DNA of 64,000 bases from an uncultured Candidatus Rokubacteria bacterium (GCA_963754315.1 CAVWFS010000008.1:256001-320000), one strand, 5' to 3'; shown: positions 39,356 through 49,385, counted from the stretch's first letter. Notes: generated by a model not told the origin, from the letters alone. Made by a program: numbers and translations.

Positions 39356-40238
39356 ATGCCCGTGATGACTCGCCAGATCGGTCCCTGCTTCGCCGCCGAA
39401 GTGGACGGCGTCAACCTGACCAAGCCACTCTCCTCGGACGAGGTGTCGGCGATTCATGCCGGCATGGACCGGTTCGCCGTGCTGGTCTTCCATGATCAGC
39501 CCCTCGATGATGCGCAGCAGCTCGCCTTCACTGGAAGTCTGGGCGAGATCGAGCACGCGGTTGGGACGAGCCTGCGGGCGCCCGATCAACTACGCTTGCC
39601 CACCACCTTTGCCGACGTGTCCAATCTCGACAAGGACAACAAGACCTTCGCCCGAGACGACCGTCGGCGGCTGTTCGGCATCGGGAACCGCCTCTGGCAC
39701 TCCGACAGCTCCTTCAAGGCGGTCCCGGCCAAGTATTCGCTCCTGCACGCGCGCAGCATCCCCTCCAAGGGCGGCAACACCGAGTTCGCCTACATGGTGG
39801 CCGCCTACGATGCCCTCGACCCCGAGACCAAGATCGAGGTGGCAGGGCTGATCTGCGAGCATTCCCAGATTTTCTCCCGCCAGCAGCTCGGCTTCACCGA
39901 CTTCACCGACGAGGAGCGGGAACGCTTCAAGCCGGTGCGCCAGAGCCTGGTACGGACGCACCCGGCGACTGGCCGCAAGTCGCTCTACCTGTCCTCGCAC
40001 GCCGGTGCCATCTCTGGGCTGGCCGGTGCCGGAGGCACGGGCCTTCCTGCGGGATCTGGTCGAGCACGCCACGCAGCCGCAGTTCGTCTACGCGCACAAA
40101 TGGCGAGTCGGCGATCTCGTGATGTGGGACAACCGGCAGACGATGCATCGGGCCCGTCCGTTTCCGGCTCACGAGCCGCGCGACATGCGACGCACCACGC
40201 TCGTTGGTGACGGACCGACCGCCGCCCAGGCGGCGTGA
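39356..40238 (+). CDS. TauD/TfdA Fe(II)/2OG dioxygenase, frameshifted near 40015
   Basis: WHSDSSF, GGNTEF, LVRTHP..GRKSLY, then GWPVPEAR...WDNRQTMHR in the next frame. Confidence 0.88.
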
Positions 40239-40241
40239 GGC

Positions 40242-40273
40242 CCGGGAGGGGGGCCGTTCAGCCCCCCTCCCGG
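40242..40273. terminator. GC-rich hairpin between convergent genes
   Basis: CCGGGAGGGGGGC-cgttca-GCCCCCCTCCCGG, perfect 13-bp stem; the core resembles repeat hairpin A. Confidence 0.65.
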
Positions 40274-40283
40274 CGTTCAGACG

Positions 40284-41990
40284 TTACTTCCCTTCGAGGG
40301 CGGCGAACGGCGCGTAGTCAGCCGTCGAGCCGTGAGCTCCCGCAAACCGGGAGGGTGAGATGCCGGCCTTTCGCACGCCGGCGACGAGGGCAGCCTGGTT
40401 CTCGTTGAGCTTCTCGAGTGGAGGCCCGGCGCCGGGGCTCCAGATGTCGGTGACGAAGCCGAGGCGCTCCGCCGGGAGGTAGCCGATCAGCGTGCTGGCG
40501 GCGTGGGGGTTCTCGATCACGTAGACCTCGACCTGGCGAGTGCCGTCCGAGAGCACGCGCTTGTCCGTCACCTCGATGATCTCGGTCTTGCTCAGGTCCT
40601 TCGACGGCACGTCGGGGTTGCGCGTGAAGGGCGCGGCCAGAATGCGACGATAGTGATCACCGGCGCCCTTGCCAACCACGAGGGTGGCGCCCTGCGCGAC
40701 GTAGGCGCGCAGCCCGCCGATATGATCCATGTGGTGGTGGTTGAGCACGAGATACCTCACGGGCTTGTTCGGGTACTTGGCGCGGAGGGCGTTCAGGGTC
40801 CAGTTCGACTGCCAGTCGCTCACGGGAGCATCGAACACAATCAAATGATCGCGCATTTCCACGACCATACTGTGATGGGTGCCGCCGGTCTGGTGCTGCA
40901 CGCCGGGGGCCAGCTCCACCAACTGGAGCCCCTTCGACGCGCGCGTGTCGTAGCTGGGCACGTCGGAATCCAGGTAGGTGCCGATGAACTGTCGGCGGAT
41001 GATCCACTGATAGGGCATGGGGCCGGTGGGCGGCTTGGGGGCATCCGTCAAGAAGGCGGCGGGAATCCCGAACCGCTCGGCGGCCACGGGCGCGTTCATC
41101 TTGGCCTCAGTGACCTTGACCTCGGTGACGGTGCGGCCGTTCAGCTCGTATTTGCGGTCGGTGGCCACCCGTACGCCGTCGAACGTCTTCCAGTCAGCAA
41201 GAACCAGGTCGTAGGTCACGTCGCCCCAGACGCTGTCGTAGTCGTAGGTCCGGATGCGCGCCGGCAGTCCCGTGGTGGGATCGAACATGACCCGCAGCGC
41301 GGCCGGCACGATCACCGGCGGAGGCGGGCACGTGCTGATGAAGTTTGACCCGAGCGGGGGCAGATAGGCTCCTTGACACCATGGTTGGCCCACCTGCACG
41401 GTTGCCACCGGGGTTGGGGCCGGGCCAATCCGGTACTCGACGGTGCGATACGAGACGCCGCCTGCCGTCTCGTTCGGCACGTTGTAGACGGCCGCGGGGT
41501 TGCGGTACATGTCGAGCAGGAGCAGGGCGGAGGCACGCTGCAGCTCGCGCTGGGTGGCGGCCAGCCGCAGTCCCGACATCGTATGGGCAGGCGGGTTCGA
41601 ATCGAGGCTCTGCCGGGTCCGTCCGTTGCTGTCGATACCGGACACGTACCCGACATTGGTGGTGACGACCTCGGTGAACGTGAACGTGCGCGGCGCCGGG
41701 TAGGCGAATTTGCGCACCCAGTCGGTCCGCGTGAAGTTGCTGTTCACGTCGATGAACGATTCGAACGTCGCGTCATTGGCGAGGCGCATCTCCCCGCCGG
41801 GGATCACCGACTGTTCGGGTTCCCATTGGCGGGCCGTGCCCTTGATCCATACGGTCCTGATGCCGCGCAGGACCTCCGGCCCGCCGAGGGCATGGACGGC
41901 TCGGACCACCGGGTCCTCGGCGGTTTTCGGCGCCGTCGAGCACGACACCATGAACAGGGACACCGTGAGTAACAATGCAATACGCTTCAT
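40284..41990 (-). CDS. Putative lipoprotein with C-terminal MBL-fold hydrolase domain
   Basis: MKRIALLLTVSLFMVSC lipobox-like signal; NHHHMDHIGG, NPHA, TDIW, AHG. Confidence 0.82.
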   Translation of the reverse strand: MKRIALLLTVSLFMVSCSTAPKTAEDPVVRAVHALGGPEVLRGIRTVWIKGTARQWEPEQSVIPGGEMRLANDATFESFIDVNSNFTRTDWVRKFAYPAPRTFTFTEVVTTNVGYVSGIDSNGRTRQSLDSNPPAHTMSGLRLAATQRELQRASALLLLDMYRNPAAVYNVPNETAGGVSYRTVEYRIGPAPTPVATVQVGQPWCQGAYLPPLGSNFISTCPPPPVIVPAALRVMFDPTTGLPARIRTYDYDSVWGDVTYDLVLADWKTFDGVRVATDRKYELNGRTVTEVKVTEAKMNAPVAAERFGIPAAFLTDAPKPPTGPMPYQWIIRRQFIGTYLDSDVPSYDTRASKGLQLVELAPGVQHQTGGTHHSMVVEMRDHLIVFDAPVSDWQSNWTLNALRAKYPNKPVRYLVLNHHHMDHIGGLRAYVAQGATLVVGKGAGDHYRRILAAPFTRNPDVPSKDLSKTEIIEVTDKRVLSDGTRQVEVYVIENPHAASTLIGYLPAERLGFVTDIWSPGAGPPLEKLNENQAALVAGVRKAGISPSRFAGAHGSTADYAPFAALEGK

Positions 41991-42260
41991 AATTCCTCCC
42001 ATTCCCCGATAGATTGAGCCGCGGACACCGTACTACCAGCCGAGATCGTATCAAGCGGCGCGGTGCGATCCGTGCCGCGATCCTGGCGATAACAACCGCC
42101 GTGCGACGATTGTTCCCCGACAACGCGCGCGGAGCCTGCCGAGTGCTGAGCCCCCACGGCACTATGGTAGCCGGATTCATGCGTGAAATGGAGAACTTCC
42201 GCCAGTCCGAGATCACGGGGGTGGCCAGGGTCCCTTCGATCACGCGTGCCTGGACGCCGG

Positions 42261-43862
42261 CTAGTCCGCGGCCGCCGCCGGCGCGTGTTGCTGGGCCGCG
42301 GCACCGGGGGTGGACGTCGCCGCCAGCCGGACGCGGCGCATGAGCGGCAGAAACAGCGGGACCACCGCGAACATCACGGCCAGCAGCCAGAAGTCATCGG
42401 CATAGGCGAGCAACTGGGCTTGCGTCACCGTCTCCCGATAGAGCATGGCTACCGCCTGCCGGTCGGCGGTGAAGGCATCGCTACCCTGGGTCACGAAGTA
42501 GTTCGCCCATCCCGCCAGTCGGACCCGAGTCTCCGGATCCCAGGCCGTGACGTGGCTCACCAAGGTGGCCTGGTGGAACTGGCTGCGCTGCGCGAGCAAG
42601 GTGGTGGTCACCGCGATGCCCACACTCCCGCCGACGTTGCGGAGCATACCGTACACCGCCGTGGCGTTGACGAGCCTCTCGCGCCGGACGGTCGCCAAGG
42701 TGAGCGTGGAGAGGGGGACGAAGATGAAGCCGACGGCAAAGCCCTGGATGAATCGGGGCCAGGCGAGGGCCCAGTAGTCCATACCGAGGGTGAGGGAGGT
42801 CATCATGTAGAGGCTCACGGCATTGAGCAGACAGCCGAAGGCCAGCATCAAGCGCTGGTCAACGCGGGTCACCAGCCCCGAGGCAAACAACGAGAAAATG
42901 TTACCGAGCCCGCCCGGGGCCAGCACCAGGCCCGAGGTCCAGGCGTCGTACCCCAGGAGCTTCTGGGTGAAGATCGCGACCAGTAGCATGCCCGAGAACA
43001 TCCCGAAGCCGACGATGGCGATGAGGGTGGCGCCGGCGGCAAAATTGCGGTCGGCGAACACGGTAAGGTCCAGGATGGGCTCGCTGGCGGTCAGCTCGCG
43101 GATCAGGAAGGCAATGAGGGCGCAGCCGGCAACGATCGACATGCTGACGATCGTCGTCGAGTCAAACCAGTCCTCGCGCTCACCCCGATCCAGGACGAGC
43201 TGCAGGCAGCCGAACCCCGCGACCATCAGGCCGAGCCCCCACCAGTCGATGCGCGAGGCCCGGCGCAGGTAGGGCGGATCGAACAGGAAGGCGCTACCCA
43301 TGAGAAAGCCGACGATCCCGACCGGCAAGTTGATGTAGAAGATCCAGCGCCACGACCATTCATCGGCCAGGTAGCCGCCGACCGTCGGCCCCAGAATGGG
43401 CCCGAGGATGAAACCGACGCCCCACACCGCCATGGCGAGGCCACGCTGGTGGAATGGGAAGATCTCCCACAGGATGGCCTGCGAGAGCGGAATGATGGGG
43501 CCGCCACCCAGCCCCTGGAAGATGCGGGCCACGATGAGCGTCGTCAGGTCGGGAGCGGCGCCGGACGCGAACGAGCTGATCACGAACAGGGTGGAGCAGA
43601 TCAAAAAGAAGCGCTTCCGTCCAAAGAGGCCGGCCAGCCAACCGGTGGCGGGGATGGCCACGGCATTGGCAGCCAGGTAGGAGGTGATGACCCACGACGC
43701 CTCGTCCAGACCCGCCGACAACGATCCCTGCAGATGGGGCAGGATCACGTTGGTCACGCTGGTGTCGAGGATCTGCATGAAGGCCACCACCATGACCGTG
43801 AGCGTGATGGCCCACTTCCGGGCGGCGGAGATCGGCGGCGGGTCCAGTGCCGTGGGCGTCAT
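42261..43862 (-). CDS. DHA2 (EmrB/QacA) MFS efflux permease
   Basis: LDTSVTNV, WVITSY, GPILGPTVGG, WRWIFYINLPVG, RNVGGSVG. Confidence 0.92.
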   Translation of the reverse strand: MTPTALDPPPISAARKWAITLTVMVVAFMQILDTSVTNVILPHLQGSLSAGLDEASWVITSYLAANAVAIPATGWLAGLFGRKRFFLICSTLFVISSFASGAAPDLTTLIVARIFQGLGGGPIIPLSQAILWEIFPFHQRGLAMAVWGVGFILGPILGPTVGGYLADEWSWRWIFYINLPVGIVGFLMGSAFLFDPPYLRRASRIDWWGLGLMVAGFGCLQLVLDRGEREDWFDSTTIVSMSIVAGCALIAFLIRELTASEPILDLTVFADRNFAAGATLIAIVGFGMFSGMLLVAIFTQKLLGYDAWTSGLVLAPGGLGNIFSLFASGLVTRVDQRLMLAFGCLLNAVSLYMMTSLTLGMDYWALAWPRFIQGFAVGFIFVPLSTLTLATVRRERLVNATAVYGMLRNVGGSVGIAVTTTLLAQRSQFHQATLVSHVTAWDPETRVRLAGWANYFVTQGSDAFTADRQAVAMLYRETVTQAQLLAYADDFWLLAVMFAVVPLFLPLMRRVRLAATSTPGAAAQQHAPAAAAD

Positions 43863-43964
43863 TGCTCAGGCTCGTTGATCATCCGCTCTTTCGCCGGGGC
43901 CGGCAAGCGTCGTCGCCATCCGCCCTGCGATAGGATAGATGCGGCCGGAGGAGGAGGATGATCG

Positions 43965-44792
43965 ATGGGGAAGGGGCTCTCGGCATCGGCGGTCGACCAG
44001 TACCGGCGGGACGGATACTACGCTCCGATCCGGGTCATGTCTGCGGATCAAGCTACGCACTACCGCGAGCGGCTGGAAGCAGTAGAAGGCGAGCTGGGCG
44101 GCCCGCTACGCGGAGTCTATCGGGTCAAGCCCCATTTGCTCTTCACCTGGCTGGCTGAGCTGGTCCGCCATCCTGCCGTGCTCGATGCTGTCGAGGATGT
44201 GCTCGGTCCCGATCTGCTGTGCTGGAACAGCTCGTTCTTCACGAAGGAAGCGGACAGTCCTGGTTACGTCTCCTGGCACCAGGATGCCACCTACTGGGGA
44301 CTGAGCGAGCCGGACGTCGTCACCGCGTGGGTGGCCTTCACCGAGAGCACACCGCGGAACGGCAACATGCAAGTTATCCCGGGTAGCCACCGGCACCAGG
44401 CCACCCATGTCGACACGTTTCATCCCGACAATCTACTGTCGCGAGGCCAGGAGATCGCCGTCGACGTGGATGAACGTCAGGCGGTCGACATCGTCCTGCA
44501 GCCGGGTGAGATGTCGCTCCACCACGTCCTGATCGTGCATGGCTCGCGGCCGAACACGTCTGCCGACCGCCGGATCGGCTACGCAATCCGCTACATTCCG
44601 ACGCGCGTGCGGCAGGTGACAGGCCCGCGCGATAGCGCCACGCTCGTGCGTGGTCACGACGCCTTCGGCCACTTCGACCTCGAGCCGCCGCCGGTAGCCG
44701 ACCTCGATCCCCAGGCGCGCGCCATCCATGCCGAGATCAGCGACCGCCAGGTGAAGATCCTTTACCGGGGCACCGCCCGCACGAGCTTCTGA
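43965..44792 (+). CDS. Phytanoyl-CoA dioxygenase (PhyH) family protein
   Basis: WHQDATYW, NGNMQVIPGSH, HGSRPN..RRIGYAIRY. Confidence 0.9.
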   Translation: MGKGLSASAVDQYRRDGYYAPIRVMSADQATHYRERLEAVEGELGGPLRGVYRVKPHLLFTWLAELVRHPAVLDAVEDVLGPDLLCWNSSFFTKEADSPGYVSWHQDATYWGLSEPDVVTAWVAFTESTPRNGNMQVIPGSHRHQATHVDTFHPDNLLSRGQEIAVDVDERQAVDIVLQPGEMSLHHVLIVHGSRPNTSADRRIGYAIRYIPTRVRQVTGPRDSATLVRGHDAFGHFDLEPPPVADLDPQARAIHAEISDRQVKILYRGTARTSF

Positions 44793-45208
44793 GATCTCTC
44801 GACAGTTCTCTGGCAAGGCTCTCGCGCGTCACGCGTTTCGACGAGGATCAGATCAGGGATATCGCGGTAATCCGCGGCGTTCAACGTCCAGAGGCTCGCT
44901 CTGGTCATCAGAGCGCAGGCGGCCACGGCCAGGTCGAATTCCCGCTGTCGCGCCCGCGGGAGTACTCGATACAGATGGGCGGCGATGGCCGCCTCGCCCG
45001 GCCCGAAAGGCACCGCCTGGTCCGCCGGGAGGAGCGCCTCCTGATGCGCAATCTCGGATTGCCGCCGCGGCCCCCGCAGCCACTCGTACAGGACGAGCGT
45101 CGAGATGGAGATGCGCTCGCCGGCCTCAAGGAATGCGCGCAGCGCCGGCGCCGAGCGCTTGGGGCCGGTCAGTGCATCGACCAGTGCCGAGGTGTCCAGC
45201 TGGATCAA
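44762..45208 (-). CDS. vapC: VapC PIN-domain toxin
   Basis: IQLDTSALVD, VLYEWLRG, FDLAVAACA, LWTLNAADY. TTG start overlaps the antitoxin stop. Confidence 0.87.
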   Translation of the reverse strand: MIQLDTSALVDALTGPKRSAPALRAFLEAGERISISTLVLYEWLRGPRRQSEIAHQEALLPADQAVPFGPGEAAIAAHLYRVLPRARQREFDLAVAACALMTRASLWTLNAADYRDIPDLILVETRDAREPCQRTVERSQKLVRAVPR

Positions 45209-45495
45209 GACGGCCGACGGCTCGCCTTGTGTCGGCCCCAGCGGCGCCGGGCCGCGCGGATCTCGTCGAGCTCACGGTCCACCTCGGCCGCCGTGCGGGT
45301 GGGGGGCTCCTGGACGATGCGATCGAGGATGGCGAGCATGCGCGCACGTTCCTCGTCGCTGAGCTTGGTGGAGCGCGCCTCGTACTCCTTGATGGCCTCG
45401 CGGACCACGTAGCTTTGCGGTCGCGCCAGGCGCGCCGCGGTCCGGCGCAAGCGGTCGACTGTCTGGTCATCGAGCGTGAATGTGACCTTTACCAT
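45205..45495 (-). CDS. vapB: CopG/RHH antitoxin
   Basis: MVKVTFTLDDQTVDRLRRTAARLARPQSYVVREAI; coupled to vapC. Confidence 0.82.
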   Translation of the reverse strand: MVKVTFTLDDQTVDRLRRTAARLARPQSYVVREAIKEYEARSTKLSDEERARMLAILDRIVQEPPTRTAAEVDRELDEIRAARRRWGRHKASRRPS

Positions 45496-45524
45496 ACCGA
45501 GCCATACTACCATATACAGCCATA
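45492..45524. promoter_or_regulatory. Four CCATA direct repeats over the antitoxin -10 and start (putative RHH operator)
   Basis: CCATA at 45492, 45502, 45510 and 45520; minus-strand TAGTAT 8 nt before ATG 45495. Confidence 0.55.
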
Positions 45525-45555
45525 CACCGAGCGCGTTCGGGCGACGAGCAGCCGC

Positions 45556-47880
45556 CTAGGAAGGTGACCGCTCTGAGGCCGGGGGCGTGAAAACGGTGAT
45601 CGGAGGCGCCTGACCGGCAAAACGCTCCACCTCGACCAAGGCGGTCTGGGCGCTCGAGCATTGCGCAAGCTTCGAGGTGCCCTTGTCGAGGGTCAAAACG
45701 TTAGGGTTGCCGTGCTTGTCGAGGCTGCCGATCTCCGCGGGGTCGAGTGGGTCGAACCAGGCGCCGGTGGCCAGCTGCACGACACCAGGACGGATCGTGT
45801 CCGTCACCACCGCCCCCGCCAGACATGCGCCACGTCCGTTGTGGATCCGCACGACGTCTCCGCTGACGATTCCGCGCGCGGTGGCGTCCGCGGTGTTGAG
45901 CAAGACAGGCTCGCGTTCGGCCACCTTGGCGGCGCGGCTCACTTCCCCGCAGTCGAGCTGGCTGTGCAGCCGTGCCCGCGGCTGATTCGAGAGCAGATGC
46001 AGCGGATAGATCTTGGCTTGCTCCGACCCCAGCCACTCGGCTGGCTCCAGCCAGACGGGATGTCCCGGGCAGTCGTCGTAGCCGTAGGCGGCGATTGTCT
46101 CGGAGAAGAGCTCGATCCGGCCCGAGGGCGTCCGGAGCGGGTGCGCGCCGGGATCGCGCCGGAACGCTTCGAACAAGACGGGATGATTGGCGGGAAGGGG
46201 TAGCTCCACGTGGCCCGCGTCCCAGAAGGCTTCGAACGGCGGCAGGTCGAGGTCGCGCTTCGCCGCTTGTTGCCGCGCGGTGTCGTACAGCTGCCGCAGC
46301 CATTCCATCTCGGTGCGTCCCTCGGTGAACTTGGCGTGAAACCCGAGGCGCTCGGCGAGGGCGCTGTAGATCTCGTATTCGGTCCTGGCTTCGCCCACGG
46401 GGGCGATGGCCCGCTGCATGGCGTAGACGTAGCGGTCCGACGGCGTCGCCTCGATGTCGTTGCGCTCCAGGGTCGTAGCGCAGGGCAACACGATATCGGC
46501 CCGGCGGGCGGCCGGGGTCCACCACGATTCGTGCACGATCACGGAGTCGGGCTTCTGCCAGGCGCGCAGGAGTCGGTTGAGATCCTGGGTCTTGTGGAAG
46601 GGGTTGCCGCCGCACCAGTAGACCAGATGGATGTCGGGATAGGTCAGCCGGTGGCCGTTGAAATCGAAGGCGCCGCCGGGATTCAGCAGCATATCGGCGA
46701 ACCGCGCCACCGGAATGTAGGCCTTGACCGGATTCGCGCCGGTGGGCAGCTGCGGCCGCGGCGCCTTCAGCTGTGGGCTTCCAATCCCCGCGGCCGCACA
46801 GTACCCGAAGCCGAATCCGCCGCCGGGGAGCCCAATCTGGCCGAGCATGGCGGCCAGCGCGATGGCCATCCAGTACGGCTGCTCACCATGGTCGGCGCGC
46901 TGGACGGACCAGCTGGCGGCGATCATCGTGCGGTTGGCGGCCATGCGGCGGGCGAGCCCGCGGATGATCTCGGCTGGAATCTCCGTGATGGCTGCGGCCC
47001 AGGCGGCATCCTTAGGTCTGCCGTCGGACTCTCCCATCACGTAGGCGCGCAGGCGCTCGAAGCCGATCGTATAGGTGTCGAGAAACGCGCGGTCGTGGAG
47101 CTCCTCTGCGATCAGCGTGTGGGCCAGACCCAGCATCATCGCGGCGTCGGTGTTTGGCCGGACAGGCAGCCACTCGGCCCCCAGCGCCTCGGCGGCATCG
47201 TCGCGCAGCGGACTGATGTTGACGAAGGTGACTCCCGCATTGCGGGCCCGCGCCAGCCAGTCGGCGTCCGCGTGGCGGCCGATGCCGCCCATGGTGACCT
47301 GGGTGTTCTTGGCCGCCATGCCGCCGAACAGCACCATCAGCGTTGTGTGCTGGGCGATGATGGGCCAGGGCGTCATCCCGCCGGTCACTGGCTCCATGGT
47401 GCCCACCACGTGGGGCACGATGACCGACGCCGCGCCGAAGCTGTAGTTGGTGATCTGGTTGACGAAGCCGCCGAAGCAGCCCAGGAAGCGGAAGAGCTGA
47501 GCCCGCGCGTTGTGGAAGGCCCCTGCGCTCGCCCATCCCGAGCTAGCGTAGATGGACTCGTTGCCGTGGACGTCTTTGACGCGGGTGAGCTCGGCGGCGA
47601 GCAGGTCGAGCGCCTCGTCCCAGGTCACAGGGACGAACGGCTCGACCCCGCGCCCGGCACGATCGCTCTTCACCCCGCGCTCGAGCCATCCCCGGCGGAT
47701 CATTGGCCGGTCGATGCGACATTCGGCGTGCACCGCGCTCGGCATCGTCTCGATGATGCGACTGGGCCGGGGGTCCTTGGTGAAGGCCCGCACGCCGACG
47801 ACCCGGTCGTTCTCGACCTCGACGTCGTACATGCCCCAGTGCGAGCCCGTGTGAACCAGTCTCCGTCCAGTGCTGCTCAT
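45556..47880 (-). CDS. Mo-bisPGD S/N-oxide reductase (BisC/TorA/DorA family), no Tat signal
   Basis: GSHWG, PMIRRGWL, GWASAG, NYSFGA (Ser ligand), QRADHGEQ, GGNPFH, RLHSQ, HGNPNVLT. Confidence 0.92.
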   Translation of the reverse strand: MSSTGRRLVHTGSHWGMYDVEVENDRVVGVRAFTKDPRPSRIIETMPSAVHAECRIDRPMIRRGWLERGVKSDRAGRGVEPFVPVTWDEALDLLAAELTRVKDVHGNESIYASSGWASAGAFHNARAQLFRFLGCFGGFVNQITNYSFGAASVIVPHVVGTMEPVTGGMTPWPIIAQHTTLMVLFGGMAAKNTQVTMGGIGRHADADWLARARNAGVTFVNISPLRDDAAEALGAEWLPVRPNTDAAMMLGLAHTLIAEELHDRAFLDTYTIGFERLRAYVMGESDGRPKDAAWAAAITEIPAEIIRGLARRMAANRTMIAASWSVQRADHGEQPYWMAIALAAMLGQIGLPGGGFGFGYCAAAGIGSPQLKAPRPQLPTGANPVKAYIPVARFADMLLNPGGAFDFNGHRLTYPDIHLVYWCGGNPFHKTQDLNRLLRAWQKPDSVIVHESWWTPAARRADIVLPCATTLERNDIEATPSDRYVYAMQRAIAPVGEARTEYEIYSALAERLGFHAKFTEGRTEMEWLRQLYDTARQQAAKRDLDLPPFEAFWDAGHVELPLPANHPVLFEAFRRDPGAHPLRTPSGRIELFSETIAAYGYDDCPGHPVWLEPAEWLGSEQAKIYPLHLLSNQPRARLHSQLDCGEVSRAAKVAEREPVLLNTADATARGIVSGDVVRIHNGRGACLAGAVVTDTIRPGVVQLATGAWFDPLDPAEIGSLDKHGNPNVLTLDKGTSKLAQCSSAQTALVEVERFAGQAPPITVFTPPASERSPS

Positions 47881-47927
47881 CGACGTGGCTCCTCCCGAAA
47901 AATGCGTGCCAGGATCCAGTCCGAGTG

Positions 47928-48533
47928 TCAGACGGGACGGGCCGGAGCGACGATCGGGGCAGTCGTGCGGCGACGAAGTCCAACGGCTGCCCCCAGCCAG
48001 TACAGGCCGTAGAGCCCCACGAGGGCGCCAACGTTGGTGACGAAGACCCGGCTGATGATCGACGGCGCGTAGGTCTGCGTCCCGCCGAGCCAGGCGAACG
48101 ATACCGCGAACGTCACGACCTCGAACACCGCGAAGGCCACCACGAGGGCCGCCAGCGCCTGGGTGATTGGTCTCGCGTCGGCAAGGCGCCGGACTGTTCC
48201 GAGAGCGGCGAGAGTGCCCAGAATTGCGGCAGCGCCCAAGAGCGGCGCCCAGGCAAGACTGTTCAGTGTCCACGGATAGCCGAGCACGAGAAATCCCGTG
48301 AGCTGGTTGGCGAGCCAAACGCCAGCTGTCAGGAGTAGCGCGTCCCGCCTGGACAGGGTCAGGGCGGCGGCCGCGCTGAAGGCGGCAAAAGGCGCTGCGC
48401 ACGCAAAGACGGTCGTGAAGGCGACGCTGCCCGCGACCAGGAGAGTCAGCCAGAGCTGATGTCGCCAGCCGGTGATCGAAGGCTCGCTAGTTTGCACGGA
48501 CGTTCCCCTCCTGGACTTCCCGATTGCGTTCAT
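47928..48533 (-). CDS. Integral membrane protein of unknown function
   Basis: 5-6 hydrophobic helices; FACAAPFAA and WLANQLTGFLVLGYPW motifs. Confidence 0.7.
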   Translation of the reverse strand: MNAIGKSRRGTSVQTSEPSITGWRHQLWLTLLVAGSVAFTTVFACAAPFAAFSAAAALTLSRRDALLLTAGVWLANQLTGFLVLGYPWTLNSLAWAPLLGAAAILGTLAALGTVRRLADARPITQALAALVVAFAVFEVVTFAVSFAWLGGTQTYAPSIISRVFVTNVGALVGLYGLYWLGAAVGLRRRTTAPIVAPARPV

Positions 48534-48563
48534 CACAACGGTACCGCGTTCGGCGTCACCTGG

Positions 48564-49164
48564 CTAGCCACGGAACTCGTGCCAAGCAGCAGCCAGGGCG
48601 CCGAGCAGGTCCCGCTCACGCTGGTATCCGCGTTGTGTCACAAGGGCGAGCGCCGCGCGCGCCTCGTTCACGGCCTCCAGATCAGCACGATCCAGCAACG
48701 CGCCGAGGTCCACACGGTCCTGCGGACGCGTGCGATCGTCGCGCGACAGCACCTTCAGGGCAACAAGGTGTCCGATGCGTGCGACCGGTACCGTGAAGCC
48801 GGGCACAGCTTCTATCTGGGTCGGCCGCGGCGACGATTTCGGGCTCGATACCGGATACGGCAAAAAGCAAGTCGATGACCGTGCCGAGTGGACTTTCGTC
48901 GGCAGGCGCCAAGCGGACAGTCGCCAGACGCCTCACGGCTGCCTGTTCGATGGCGGCGACGACCCGCCAGCCGCGGACCTGCAGGGCACGAACGAGGGCC
49001 TCGGCGTCAGAATCGTCGGTGACGAGCACCGCGAGATCGGCGGCGCGCGTGAACCGCGGCTCGGTACGGACCGAAACAGCCAGGCCGCCTACGAGGGCGA
49101 ACTGGCGACCGAGAGTCCGCAGGTCAGCGACGATGCGACGGAGAGCGGCCTCGGCGCGATTCAG
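48564..49164 (-). CDS. menT: MenT1-like nucleotidyltransferase toxin, frameshifted near 48820
   Basis: ALVGGLAVSVRTEPRFTRAADL, RRLATVRL, IDLLFAVSGIEPEI, HLVALKVLSRDD..RPQDRVDL, RGYQRERDL. Matches M. tuberculosis Rv0078A as recalled. Confidence 0.85.
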
Positions 49165-49385
49165 GGCCGTGACGGCGGCCAGGAGATCGGACGGCCCCAG
49201 GCATCGCCGTGCTCGGCGCCCGGGCGCGTCTGAAGCCAGGCGACGAGCATGGCTTCGATCTCCTCGTCGGTGGCGCCAGGATGCTCGCGTCGTAGTTGCG
49301 CCCGTCGGATCGACTCGCCAAGCTCGTACAGGTCGAAAGCTGTACGCAATCGCTCCGCCAGGACATCGGGAGAGTCGTGAACCAC
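49161..49385 (-). CDS. menA: MenA1-like antitoxin
   Basis: LRTAFDLYELGE..RAQLRREHPGATDEEIEA....W..TRPGAEHGD, matching Rv0078B as recalled. Likely GTG start 7 nt after TACAAT (ORF track start 49394). Confidence 0.82.
   Translation of the reverse strand: MVHDSPDVLAERLRTAFDLYELGESIRRAQLRREHPGATDEEIEAMLVAWLQTRPGAEHGDAWGRPISWPPSRP

Noticed and set aside
46210..48012. Long opposite-strand ORFs (also 3398..4636, 23258..24358, 58455..59909, 60869..61924)
   Set aside because: Stop-poor antisense frames typical of high-GC codon usage; no motifs.
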